Shown: in pieces, positions 13,092-24,858 of the stretch
Layout: each line of letters opens with the position of its first letter
Numbering within the stretch: the stretch's first letter is position 1
Origin: Camelus ferus
Lineage: Eukaryota
Length of the DNA stretch: 64,000 nt
Assembly: GCF_009834535.1 (NCBI RefSeq)
Contig: NC_045698.1
Span: forward strand, 29,698,001-29,762,000
Reading direction: 5' to 3'
Program-made: the position numbers and the translations under genes
Notes under the pieces: model-generated
What the model was told of the DNA's origin: nothing
Databases searched by the model: none
Seen by the model: the letters and a program-made list of their open reading frames with translations, nothing else

Positions 13092-13219
13092 CTTTTTGTA
13101 AAATTTTATTTTTTTGGTGGGGAGGTATTAGAATTGATTGATTTATAGGTACTGGGCATTGAACCCAGGACCTCATGCATGCTAAGCATGTGCTCTACCA
13201 CTGAGCTATACCCTTCCCA
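13092..13219 (-). mobile_element. Camelid tRNA-derived SINE (vic-1 type), long-tailed form
   Basis: Reverse complement reads GGGTATAGCTCAGTGGTAGAGCACATGCTTAGCATGCATGAGGTCCTGGGTTCAATGCCCAGTAC (Pol III A and B boxes). Perfect 15-bp TSD ATCCTGTGTCTTTCT at 13077-13091 and 13220-13234. Confidence 0.9.
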
Positions 13220-14213
13220 ATCCTGTGTCTTTCTTTAGCCACTGCCTCGTTTTTCTCTTTTCTTCAGCAAAACTCCTTGGGAGAGTTGTCTGGACTCCAT
13301 CAATGGTGGTGGAAACTGTTGTTGGCCCCTGTGACAATGGCCCACCCTGTCCCAGTCACTGAAGTCATTAGCACAGTCTCAGTGCTCGTCTTTGACCTGT
13401 TCGGTCACCCACCCCTCTTTACTTGATGTCGAGGACACTACACTTTTCTAGTTCTCCTCATACCTCACAGGGCTTCCTTGTAAGTTTTTGCTATTTTTGC
13501 TCATCACCCCGACCTCTGACTGTTAGAATGACCCAGGAACCAAGCTGTAGACTTTGTTTTTTGCACCCTTCTGACATCACAAGCACTCCCCTACTCCCAT
13601 TCCAGGAATCCAAGCTCTTGTGCTAAGAATTAAAAATGAAGCCCACAGGTATTGGCCTGTGCTCTGGCTGCTAGTGGGTTGCCAGAAAAATCAATATTTG
13701 AAAAATTGAATACATTTACTCTGGTGGTTTTAAATAATATCTGTTTATTGAAAACTTTCAAATCTCCCCTGAGCTTTGGACATGTCTATTCAACCACCTG
13801 GTTGAAATCTCCACTTGAATGCTTGAGAGGCGCTCAAAACTGACCTTAGCAAAACTGGACTGATTACCCTTAACTGGATCATCCATCAGTCCTCACCATC
13901 TCAGCTGAAGACACTTCCATCCTTCAGGTGCCTGAGCTGGAAAATACTGGCACCATCCTGACTTTTTTCTTTAATTTCCCAAAGCTAGTTAACCAGCAAA
14001 TCCTGTTTCACTCCTTGGTCGCTGCTACCTTCCTGGTCCAGGCCACCATCCTCTCACCCAAATACTATGAAGACTCCCCACTGATCTGTCTGCTTCCCAC
14101 TTGCTCACCCTCTCCCCATCCCCCACCAGTGTCTTTTCAGCACATCACATCATCTCATGCCCCAGCTCAAAGCCCTCCAGTGCCCTCCCATTTCTATAAT
14201 CCTTGACTTGGCT

Positions 14214-14668
14214 TGGGCAGATGATTCTGCTGTAAAAGTATATGTGTGTCCTGTAAAGCTCTGTGTTCTGCAAAACGTGCTATGAACAAACAGGGCTTAT
14301 GGGAAAAGTAGGATTAAAGCAGACTCTTCCTCTCTCATACAACTTAAAAACTCCAGTGCTCAGCAAAACCATGACAGATAGCTTAGGAGAGCTGTGCCGC
14401 TGGGAGGGGGCACGTTTCCGGGGAGACCGCGCTGGTGCAGGTGCACATTCCTAATTCTCTTAAATGGAGCTGAAATCCCTCCAGCCTGTGCAGCAGCCAA
14501 CCTGAGGCCTTTCTCCTTTCCTGCTAAGATTAGAATTCTATTCCTGCTTTCCTGGCTCCTTTCGCCTAAGAAAGAAATCGTGCTCCCATGTTATACCAAC
14601 ATTTATCCCACTGTTTGCCAATAGCCGATGAGCTAACTGCTGTTATAGAAACACATGTTGTAACAGAA
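14214..14668. mobile_element. Tigger-like (TcMar) non-autonomous element inside the L2
   Basis: Left GGGCAGATGATTCTGCTGTAA...GCAAAACGTGCTAT...ACAGGGCTTATGGGAAAA and right TTGTAACAGAACAGCCTGT form imperfect terminal inverted repeats; L2 sequence resumes on both sides. Confidence 0.5.
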
Positions 14669-16162
14669 CAGCCTGTCCTCACTTACTGTCTGTCGTCGTC
14701 TTGGCTGTTCTTGGCTGTGTCAGGAAAGCACTTACCTAGAGGCTTTTCACTTGCTCTTCTGCCCGCTTGGCGTGCTCTCCCTCCAGCATCCTCTTGGATT
14801 TCTTTATCTCTTTCGAAGCTTTCTTCAGATGTCTCCACAGTGGCAGCTTCCCTGACAGCCCACTGAAAAGTTCAGCACCCTCACCTCCACCAACCCCCCA
14901 CCTCGCTGCTGACATTCTCTCCTGCACGTCATTGTTTACTTTTCTCCCTGGTGCTTATCATCCCTGATGTGTATCACTCCCTGACTCTCTGACCCACATT
15001 CACGAGCCTATAAGCTCTGTGAAGGCAAGGATTTGGGTTTATTTTATTTCCTTCCTCTGTGTTTCTCTGTATCTTCAGTGCCTGGACTGTGGTCCAGCAG
15101 GAGCAAGGCATTTCAATGATGACTTACTGACTGACTGTTGACTGGATGAAGGAATGAAACTCCAACTCATCCAGAATGTATCTGAATTTCCGCCTTACCT
15201 AGAGAATAGTCCCTCCGCCTTGATTTCTTTTCTGATTGTGTTTGTTTGAGTATGTGACAAAGAGTAGCTTTTATCAAGCCTGGTTTCATAACTTCTTGGG
15301 AGGCATCAAACGCTGTTTCATTCCTACCACCCTGTCCCTGGGCATGTGCTAACATTTAAAGCTGTAATGTTTCAACCATTCATTGTAAGGGGTATGCTGG
15401 TGGAAAACTGGGGGCAGGTTGTATGTGTCTCTTTGCACCCCTCTATCAGCACAAGCACCTCCGTTTCCCTGCAGGAATCCCAGCTCTCCTGGTAACAATG
15501 CAGAATTAAGCTCCTAGGCTTTTCCTGTGTTCGAGCTGCTAGTAGGTTGCTGGAAAAGTAATTTTTGGGGGGAATTTGAATACATTACCTCTATATCCAC
15601 TACCAGTCTTGGTGTATAATTAAAAAAAAAAAAAGGTCATTCCAATACTCCACGGTGATGGCCATGGCACAGGTTAGCGCTGATGTTATAAAGGGGCGGA
15701 GATGGTGACTAACTCTCTCTGGTGCTGGGTGGGGCTTCTTGAGGGTGGTGATGAGGGCACCTGGTGGGGGTGGTGATAAGTGCAGCGGTTCTCTAGGCAG
15801 ACTGGTGGGGGCAGGGGTGGTGAATCCGGGAACAGACATGTTAAAAAGCACAGAAAAGGACAGGTTCCTGGTGTGTTCAGGGCAGAGTTTCATGAATCAT
15901 TAGGCATGAGGGTGGGAGAAGTGTAGGGTAGGCTAAGGAGAGAGGGAGGTTCATGCACCATGAAGGGTTTGAACTTGACCCAACTGGGGAGCTGTCAGAG
16001 TTTGAGGTGATGTGACTGGACTCATCTTCACTCCTCACTGTTCCCAACCAGTCCCTGGCTTCTTGAAACTGTCAGCTTTACGCTTATGTGGCTGGAGAGC
16101 AGGTCCCTGTCCCCAGTACTTTGGTGGCAGATAATAGAAAGACCTATTTGTTTCATGAATAT

Positions 16163-16218
16163 ATATGTATGTGTGTGTGTGTGTGTGTTTGTATACATAT
16201 ATGTGTGGGTGTGTATAT
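16163..16218. repeat. (TA)/(TG)n microsatellite
   Basis: ATATATGTATGTGTGTGTGTGTGTGTGTTTGTATACATATATGTGTG. Confidence 0.9.
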
Positions 16219-17594
16219 GAATGAACGTTTCATGTATGCATTTTTCTTGTAGCAAAACTCACTCTGTATTCAGATCCTTTAGGGGCCTGGACCTGACCAG
16301 CAGGCTACCCATTGAAGACTAACTTTATAGACTATTAATTAATAAAAGTAAGGGCACAAGGAGACACTCTATAACATTTTTTGACTTGAACAAAAAGCTT
16401 TGACACATCCTCTTTCTCAGGTCTGTCTTAGGTCCCTTCTACCAGCTCTGATCCACCTCTCCATTTGTGTGGTATCACCATCCCCCAAACATTTTTGAGC
16501 ACCCTGAGGTTCTTACTTCAGTGTCCTGAATTCATGGCTCCAGGAGGAATATTTTTTTAATGATCGGGGAAGTGAGGTTGACTTAAATCCTTCATGAGAT
16601 TCACAATGAAAGCAGTATCCTGCCGTAAGCTGTGTCCCACCTCTACCATGGATGGGTTGGGTATCACCGACGAGTTACTCCACATTTTATTTCTGCATCT
16701 CTGGTGAATGTGGCCAGATTTTGATAATCAAATGATTACTAGAGACCAGATGCTTTAACCTCCCCAAAATGTTTCTCTTTGGTGGGATTTCAACTGTGTA
16801 AGGGCAGTTATTTGGGAGGAAAATGCCCTGCTCAGCCTCTTAAGTCAGCTTTCCCAGGGCTGGGATGAGATGTAGGCAGCCTCTCGTGCAGTGTCCAGAT
16901 GACTCTCTGGATTACCCAGCCTCCAGTCCTCTTCCTCCTGTGTGGAGGCCAGTATCTTTGGCCACTTCACAGCTTATTAGCAGCCCAACGAGAGGCCAGG
17001 GAGAGGAAATGGATGAGATGAAGCTTAATTATGTCACATTGGTTCTCTCTTAGCAGCTCTGATAAAAGGCCTGGCAGGATGAGGTTAAAGCTGGATTAGA
17101 GTTCTCGGGATTATCTGTGTTACCTTCCTCCTTTCCCTTCTTCCCCTGTTCTAATAATTAAGCATGAGTTGGCTGCATACATGATTGAGGCCAATGTAAA
17201 AATTCTTAATTATTCTGTAGGTCCTTGAAAAAATTACTTACAGGAAAATCAAAAGAAAACTTACTTTGCTCAGAATGTTATTTTTTCTAGTCAAAATTGG
17301 GCAAGTTCTTGGACCAGAACTGGTCTTGAAGACAGGTGACTTATTATAGTAAAAGATTTGCTTAAGTCAGTGGATGCATTGTTGTGGATTCTGCCTGCAG
17401 AAATTTGGCTGCTTACAAGTGGCTTCTGGGTGCAGGTCCCCAGACAAGATTTGTTCTGCAAATCTCCTGTGAGCAAGGTCACCTGTTTGAATAGGCAAAC
17501 CCAGAGATTCCACACTCGGAAGATAAATTCAAACTACACCTCTTGAAGGGATCTCTAGCCTTCCCTCTTTGATAAGCAGGCCTCTCTTCCCTCC

Positions 17595-18257
17595 TGTTAG
17601 AACTGATGATCCTCAAGCAAGTTTTAACCAGGTTTATGCAAACTCCCAGCCATCTATGATCGTGAACATAAATGATGCAAGAAGAAAGAAACTATCTAGC
17701 GATACAGGGATGCTCTGAGACTAAACAAAGTGAAGAAGCCAGTAAAGGTCAAAGACTAGGGCACAGCCTACGTAAGAGGGAGGGCTAGGGCAGTGCCGAG
17801 ACAGGGATCTCTGGTGAGGTAGGCCCCAGGCCTGTCCCCAGAACTCCGCCGTGGTGGGGACATTGGTAAAGATCTGCACTCGTTACAGCCTGAGAAGGGA
17901 GGATGGAAATAGAAGATTGCGGGAGGGTCCGCAGAGGGTCCCCACAGGCCATGAGATCCCAGCTCCGTTTGATAAAGGAGCTTTGTGAGGGTTCTTGTTT
18001 CCAACCTCTGAAAGAAGACTGGGCCTCTGAGGACCGAGAAGACACTCCAGTTCTCTGGGAGTCTGTGACATCTCAGAGGAGGAAGAGCCATGGGGGCAGG
18101 TGATGGAGACAGCCAAGTCTTAAAGCCAACAATCTCACCAAAGGTGGCCAGGAGAGGGCAGTCACCTTTTATCAAGAGCACAGCTGAAACCAGCGTGTGG
18201 TTCGGCCGTGAGGTCATAAAACAGGATGCGGACTTACCCAAAATGCAGTATCTTACA
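17595..18257 (-). mobile_element. Putative ERV-class solo LTR, family not recognised
   Basis: On the minus strand it starts TGTAAGATAC and ends ...ATAAACCTGGTTAAAACTTGCTTGAGGATCATCAGTTCTAACA (TG...CA termini, poly(A)-signal-like motif near the end). ~660 bp, GC-richer than flanks; TSD poorly preserved. Confidence 0.4.
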
Positions 18258-19706
18258 CATTCGTAGGCCTTAATGTATGTTTGTTAAATACACATTAGCT
18301 GCTGCTTTTCCCCCAGATCTCATCAGAGTTCCATAGACTTTGAACCTGATCCCTTCCAGAAAACCAAAGACTGACTCTACAGGAAAATGATTGCAAATCC
18401 AGAAAGCAGTTTTGCCTTACTGGTAAAGACAGTTTTCTTTTCCCTGTGGTTTATTTTGGCATAGGCCAGTGTCTCTCTCATGGCAGACAGCTACTGCTTA
18501 CAACTGCTGTTATCATGTGTTTCCTTCTTCATCTTCCGTATACTCTCTCCCTGTTGTTAACCCTGTCAGTTTACTGACACTCTCCCCACTTTATAGGCTG
18601 ATGCGTTTTCTTTCCATGGGGTCGGTGTTACCATGCTCTGTGTCAGGTCCATAGTGTTGGCTTCTGTTGACCAAAGAGTTGTTTGGAAGAAAGAAGAATG
18701 ATGGTGGACACAGGTTAAGGACTAATTTAATGATGGCATTCATTTGGCAGCAAGGCTTAATTAATTAAGATCCCAGTTTCATTTTATTGGATTTTAAGTC
18801 TGTAACCTGCTGGAACACAGTCTTGAGTTAGCACTGGGTGGATATGAAAACAGTAAGCCAAGTGCTCGCGCTTCTCTCGACTGTAGTTGTTTATTTAGCT
18901 GGAGAACATTTAGTGGGTGGTCCAGGCTTCACAACCAGGAAGAACTGAGCTGGGCTGGAGGAGCTTTGGTGAAGGAGGGCAGAAGCAATTCTTCCATTTC
19001 TTCGGTTTTATCACAGCCTGAAAGTTGGTTCATTAGGTATGTTGATCTTGCAGGAACTAATATTTTAGCCTTCTCTCACTCAAGTTGTTTAGTTTAGATC
19101 TGAGAACTAAGTCCATCAAAAGCTCTTCCCGACCCGTGACATTAGTAACAATAACAAATGTTAATAGAAGCAGACTCTGTTTGGCTAATTTTTGGAGTGT
19201 ATACAGAAAATAATTGTGACATTACAGAGTAGATTTTTGTTGTTATTTACTCTTTGATTATTCATTTGAGTCGTGATAGCCTCTAATTGGTATTTGTTTC
19301 TGGCTTTTGTCACTGTGTCCCCCACGTGGGAGAGGCAGAAGGCCTGAAGTTGGTACAGCCAAGACATAAAACCTTAATAAATTGCCCCATTAATTACCAC
19401 TTCAAAGCATTTTAGTAAAGTGAGAGTTAGATTTTTCTCAAGTGTAGCAGAGATTAATCTCGTCTGTATCACTGCTACTTTGCTTATAGCCTAAAAACAA
19501 TACATCTTTATTATAAACACTTAAACCAAAAATCACTTTTAAAGCAGTATGGCACCATGGCTGAGGCCTCAGATGGGCTAACTGAGGTCTTGGTTTGGTT
19601 ACTTCCCAGCTGTAGACTTTGGGCTTCAGGGTCCCCTTCTGCAATGTATGATGATTGCAGAGTTTCTTCATTGGGCTATGAAATGAGGTAATATATGTAA
19701 AGAGCT

Positions 19707-20206
19707 ATAAGGAAGTTGTGGTGTATCTATGCAATGGGATACTACTCAACCATAAAAAAGAGTAAAATAATGCTATTTGCAGCAACATGAATGGACCTGG
19801 AGATCATCATACTAAGTGAAGTAAGCCAGAAGTAGAAAGAAGAATACCATATGATATCACTTATAGGTGGAATCAAAAAAAAAAAAAAAAGACACAAACA
19901 TATTTACAAAACAGAGACAGACCCACAGACATAGAAAACAAACTTATGGTTACCAGCAGGGGAAGGGAATGGGGAGGAATAAACTGGGAGTTTGGGATTA
20001 GCAGATACTAACTACTATACATAAAACAGGTAAATAACAAGGTCCTACTATAGCACAGGGAACTATATTCAATACCTTGTAACAGCCTATAATAAAAAAG
20101 GATATGAAAAGCATCTATGTATAAATGAATTACTATGCTGTACACCAGAAATTAACACAACATTGTAAATTAACTACACTTCAATTTTAAAAAAGGTTAA
20201 AAAAAA
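19707..20206 (+). mobile_element. L1 3' end (ORF2 C-terminus plus 3'UTR), ~500 bp
   Basis: ATGCTATTTGCAGCAACATGAATGGACCTGGAGATCATCATACTAAGTGAAGTAAGCCAGA (L1 ORF2 end), then 3'UTR and A-rich tail. Confidence 0.9.
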
Positions 20207-21619
20207 TCAGGAAATGAATAAAGAAGTTATATTGGTTAAAAGTGTGTGTGTGTGTAAAGGGCTTGGAACAGTGTCCCACCGTGTAGAGGCGGTAAGGGAG
20301 AAATAGTGAGGGGAAAGGAGACAAGGCAGACATGGGGGAGAGGAGAGATAAGAGAAAGTTAAAGAAGAAAAGTAGAAGAATCTCAAATATAAAATGGCTG
20401 TATTTTAGTTTTTTGCAAGAGGTTTGCAGGCGTGCTCCTACAGCTTGGAAAGACCTTGGTGTGCATCAGTGTGAGATGGGAGCTTATACTGGAGCAGAGG
20501 TGTGGGCCTGTATGACTTGTGTCCTGACCAGTTGCCTGGTGTCCCCTGGGGTCGGATTGATCCCCATCAGCACAAAAACTTTTATGGACAAGTGATTGGG
20601 GCAAACTTTGAAACCTGATTGCTTGCCCTTGTTTGCCAGGATGTGTAATTATTTACTGGCGCTTGCTAAAGATGTCAGTTAGCTTCTTTGGCAGAGACAG
20701 GACTGGGTTTAAGAGGTGGAGGCATCGCCTTCAGGTGGCCCACCCTGGCTTTTGTTACAGCACTTAGTTTGGCCTGTAGCGACCACACCTACTGGTTAAC
20801 TCATTAGACATTTATTATTTAGAAATTTATCTTCTCAAAGCAAAAAACAACCCTTTATCATGTCCTAGCTCTTTCCTCTAAGAAAGCCAGTAACTGTGAG
20901 GTGGCTGTCAGTGGACTAATCAGAGGGCTAAGAAAATAGTGTTTAGAAAGACAGTGATAACTTAATTTTCCTCAGGTGGAGGTTTCCTTTCTAAAACCCG
21001 AGCTGAGCTTTGTCAAAACAATAATCGAACTTTGCAATAGGATCAAACTACTGAATTAGAAGCTTCAGGAGGACAGGATGCGTCCATGTTGTTCATGGCT
21101 ACAGTCTTTGGGCCTGTATCAGTACCCAGGTCATGACAGGCACTCAGCAAGAGTGGAATGAATGAGTATCTAAGCTAGCGTGGCTGTCTCTCAGAATAAC
21201 AGTAAGTCAGAGGGGAATACGTCATCACTGTAAGGTCAGAGCCTGTTTTGTCAGTTCCAATTAAAAGGAAAACATTGTGATGTAAAGGGAACAAAGTGAA
21301 ATGCTCTGTATTTATATGGTGTTTGACATCTGCAACAAGTTTTAAGTTACAAATTTCCCAAGTCCTATTGTATTGAGATTGTCATGTGTTTTTTAATGGT
21401 TTTGTTCATTCCAACTTATAGTGAGGTTAGGTTGTTGCCACTTGGAGCGGACATATGTTTTATGTTATTAAAATGGCATGTCTTCTGGGCACTGTCATGT
21501 TCTCCAGACACTTAAGGTTTCTGGATGCTGTGCCTGATTGTCATCGCAGAGTCTCAGGGCCAGATGAGGGTCTTGTTCCCTTGCTGGTACTCTTTTGACC
21601 ATTTTAGAATATGCCAAGT

Positions 21620-21776
21620 GAACTATCTTCTATACTTGGTAGTAGCCTATAATGAAAAAGAATATATATGTGTGTACCTGAATCACTCTGCTCTCCACCA
21701 GAAACTGACACAACCTTGTAAATCAACTATACTTCAATAAAAAAATTTTCTGTTAATTTTTAAAGATTTTTTAAAA
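21620..21776 (+). mobile_element. Short L1 3' end with TSD
   Basis: GCCTATAATGAAAAAG...ACCTTGTAAATCAACTATACTTCAATAAAAAA. TSD AGAATATGCCAAGT (21606-21619) / AGAATATGTCAAGT (21777-21790). Confidence 0.85.
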
Positions 21777-22933
21777 AGAATATGTCAAGTCCATTCACAC
21801 AACTAACTGGCTCAGTGTGCTCCATTCTCCGGTCTTCTCATGTTAGATTATCCACCAGGTGGAAGTTTAGACGTTACAAAGAATGGCTGTGGTCCTCTCC
21901 CTTCATTGTCCTCCCTTCCTGTCCTTTCCCTATAATTGACCTCTTGATGTCATTATACTAATAATGAATAGTATTAATAGCATTATTATATTAATATATT
22001 GATAACTGTATTAATAGTATTATAATGATAGTGGTGTATGTGTGTACACACATATACAGAGGAGGAGAGAGGAACTGGTGGGTAACTTGCCTGGCTATTA
22101 TATTAATGCTAAAATTTCTTATTGAACGAGTTCTGTGGGTGTGTGTATTGTTGTTGCTTGTTTGTTCCCTTTGCAACTCAAATAACATGGTCGTCCTGGG
22201 ACGTGGGGAAAACACAGGCTTAGGAAACAGAGCCTCCTTTCCCCTGTCGGTAGGGAAGACGTCCGCAAAAGGAATGAAGGGCTGTGTTTTCTGTAGCCAG
22301 GGCTCTGTGAGAAGTAACACTGGTAGAGAAAAAGGCTCAAAGGGAAGAAAAAGCTTACGGCACTTTCTCTTGGCTGAATAACCTCATCTCCATCAGCTTT
22401 TCCTCTGCCTCAGAGAGGCACAGTGGGAATGACCGGAGCCGAGTGCCCAGTTTCCCTGCTCAGCCTCAGCTAGCCTTTGGACCGCTGTCTTCCCTCCTCG
22501 GGGAGAGCGCAGCACTGCCTGACCAGCTCTGACTCCTCCTGCCATGAGCGCGCTCAGCCTGGATGCATAAACCCACGTTAAGTGGGGCGGGGAGTCCTGG
22601 CCTTCACAGGAACCAAGGTGATACCTGATCTCCCCACTGGAGAAAAGTGAGAATGATTCCTTGGGACTCTGAAAATATAAACACAAATAGAAAATTAAAA
22701 CTTGAAGAATCCACTTGGAGTCGATTAAAAAGTGCTCAACTCTCCATTGGTCACATGACTTACTCTTGGCCTTCAAGGAGCGGGAGGCTCCTGTGGCCGA
22801 ATCTGGAAAGAGTCAAGCTGTGTCACCTTGGCAAATTGATCCCCTTGTGCTGTGGTGTTCGGTCCAGCTGCTGGATGAGATGAAAGCAAGACCTCACTGA
22901 AACCAGATGCTGCCTCTTCAAAGGGCTCTCAGC

Positions 22934-23065
22934 NNNNNNNNNNNNNNNNNNNNNNNNNNNNNNNNNNNNNNNNNNNNNNNNNNNNNNNNNNNNNNNNNNN
23001 NNNNNNNNNNNNNNNNNNNNNNNNNNNNNNNNNNNNNNNNNNNNNNNNNNNNNNNNNNNNNNNNN
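22934..23065. other. Assembly gap or masked bases (132 N)
   Basis: N run. Confidence 0.99.
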
Positions 23066-24065
23066 CAAAGCTTTTTGGAAAGTTTGACCAGAATTTCACG
23101 TAGCTGTTTTTCCTGAAGGATGGGAGAATAAGGCCAACGCATTGTTTTGCAGCTCATGAAATTCCACTTTTGCCTGGTATATGTCAGAAACACAGCGGCA
23201 CTGCCACATTTACAGTGTTTAGTAAAAGAGTCGGGGGTCGGTAAAGAATGCTTGCAGAAGAGAATGTTAGGTGGCTGAGTGTATCCTTTTGTCTTTAAAC
23301 AAGACCACACACAATGGGACACATACAAAAAGCTCTAGTCTAGTTTTAAATATGGCCGAAGGGAAAGATTCCACGTATAAAAATGGCCGAAGAGAAAGAT
23401 TCCACATATTCTGAGTGACCATCCCCAGTTAGTTACAAAGAAGCAACCTCAGCCGCCCTCAGTTATCGCCATTCTTGACCACTTGCTCCACGTGTCCTAG
23501 AGACTTGCTGTTGATGTGCCAGCACTGGCCCCCTTGTCTGCATTTTGAGTGAAGTTGACCACATCTTTCAGGATTTATTACTTACACAGCAATACAAAAC
23601 AGTTGCATTATTATTATTATTATACCATTACTATACCCATAATTGGAATATGGGTTCATATAGCCAAAGCCTGTAATTGGAATATTGGGTTAATAGAGCC
23701 AAAGCCAACCCCAGGGAGTTTATCATTTACTGAGCATCTATTATATGCCTGGCATTGTATTTGGTTCTGAAAAGAGAACAATTAATAAGACACACTCTCT
23801 GCCAGGAGGTCACTATAGGTTGATAGTGGCAAGAAGACAAATCCTGAAATAACTATTTCTCAAGGTGGAATAGAATAATCAGGTAGGAGTTAAAAGCTTG
23901 AGAGAGATCACTGTGCCACAAGATACCAAGTGATCTTGTGCAGATCTAAAGAATCGGGAAAAGCTTCCTGGTGTTCCCTTTATGGTCAGAGGCCCCAGGA
24001 GGGCAGGCAGTTAGTTGCACATCCTCTCACAGCCACGTCCTGCACTCCTTACTCCTACTAGCCTT

Positions 24066-24152
24066 GCTTGCTCGCTTGCTTGTGCGCGCTCTCTCGCTCT
24101 CTCTCGCTCGCTCGCTCGCTCTCTCTCGCGCTCTCTCTCTCTCTTTTTCTCT
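24066..24152. repeat. Compound (CTTG)/(CGCT)/(CT)n pyrimidine-rich microsatellite
   Basis: ...GCTCTCTCGCTCTCTCTCGCTCGCTCGCTCGCTCTCTCTCGCGCTCTCTCTCTCTCTTTTTCT. Confidence 0.92.
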
Positions 24153-24394
24153 GCCTTCAACTGTGAGAACCCAATCCAGTCTATCAATACTGGAAAACAA
24201 GCTGGAGTGAAGCTCAGGCTCTTGCCCCTAGGTCATTGTTGTATGCAGAAGAACCCCAAGACCTCTTTATGCTTTTGCAAACACGGATATGTTTTGATCT
24301 CTAGATTTCCTGGGTTCACCCCAAGTTTGAAGAGCATGTAGCAGTGACGTGTGTGCAATTATAGGTGACTGACTGGAAGACAGACAGCTCACTA

Positions 24395-24830
24395 GGCTCC
24401 AGCCAAGCTGACTTTCCTTACGTTCCTTGACCCACAAAGCTGACTACCCCCTTGTCTGGAACGCTCTGCCCTCAGATCTTGGCATCACTGGCTCCTATTG
24501 TCGTCCTGGTCTCAGCTCAACCTAAAGGTCTTCTCGAACCCAGTTACATAAGTGAACTACCCCCACTTCCATCACTGTCTCGTCACTCTGTTGTCATTGC
24601 TTTATAGCATTTATCCCAACAGATGGTTTCTTTTTTGCTTTTTTTTTTCCCCACTTCTGTTGAAACTTTCCTTACGTTCCCTGACCTACAAAGCTGACTA
24701 CCCCACTAGAATTCTCAGTTCCATGAAATACAAGAACTTGACTGCTGATTAAGGGTGTCCCAGAAAGTGTGTGGCGTATGATAGATGCTCACACACGCTT
24801 ACTGAGTGACTGACTGAATGCATGAATGAC
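24395..24830 (+). mobile_element. L2 3' end carrying a templated insertion
   Basis: CTCCAGCC...GTCTGGAACGCTCTGCCC...CCCCACTAGAAT...TTCCATGA...TGACTGACTGAATGCATGAATGA. Confidence 0.7.
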
Positions 24831-24858
24831 AGAGGCTGAGGGACATAGTCAAGAAACA

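Larger units (their letters stand above)
12490..15160 (+). mobile_element. Long degraded L2 LINE, interrupted by a SINE, a Tigger-like element and a duplicated segment
   Basis: CAAAATCCCAACCC...; GGTTTTAAATAATATCT; CCACTTGAATG...CTCAAAACT; GCCTATAAGCTCTGTGAAGGCAAGGA; terminal TGACTGACTG...GAATGAA typical of the L2 3' end. Confidence 0.75.

Noticed and set aside
17768-18241. 157-aa minus-strand ORF as a retroviral or novel protein
   Set aside because: No gag, pol or env motifs; it lies within a putative solo LTR whose higher GC content lowers stop frequency.
20195-20262. Possible L1 3' transduction with TSD TGTAAAGAGCT/TGTAAAGGGCT
   Set aside because: Both apparent TSD copies match the MIR consensus (TGTAAAGCGCT), and the intervening sequence also looks MIR-like, so two MIR fragments explain it.
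22823-23328. ORFs spanning the 132-N gap
   Set aside because: They are artefacts of unknown bases.
23352-24704. Short direct repeats as a CRISPR-like array
   Set aside because: Only two copies each, no regular spacers, no cas genes, and a mammalian context.
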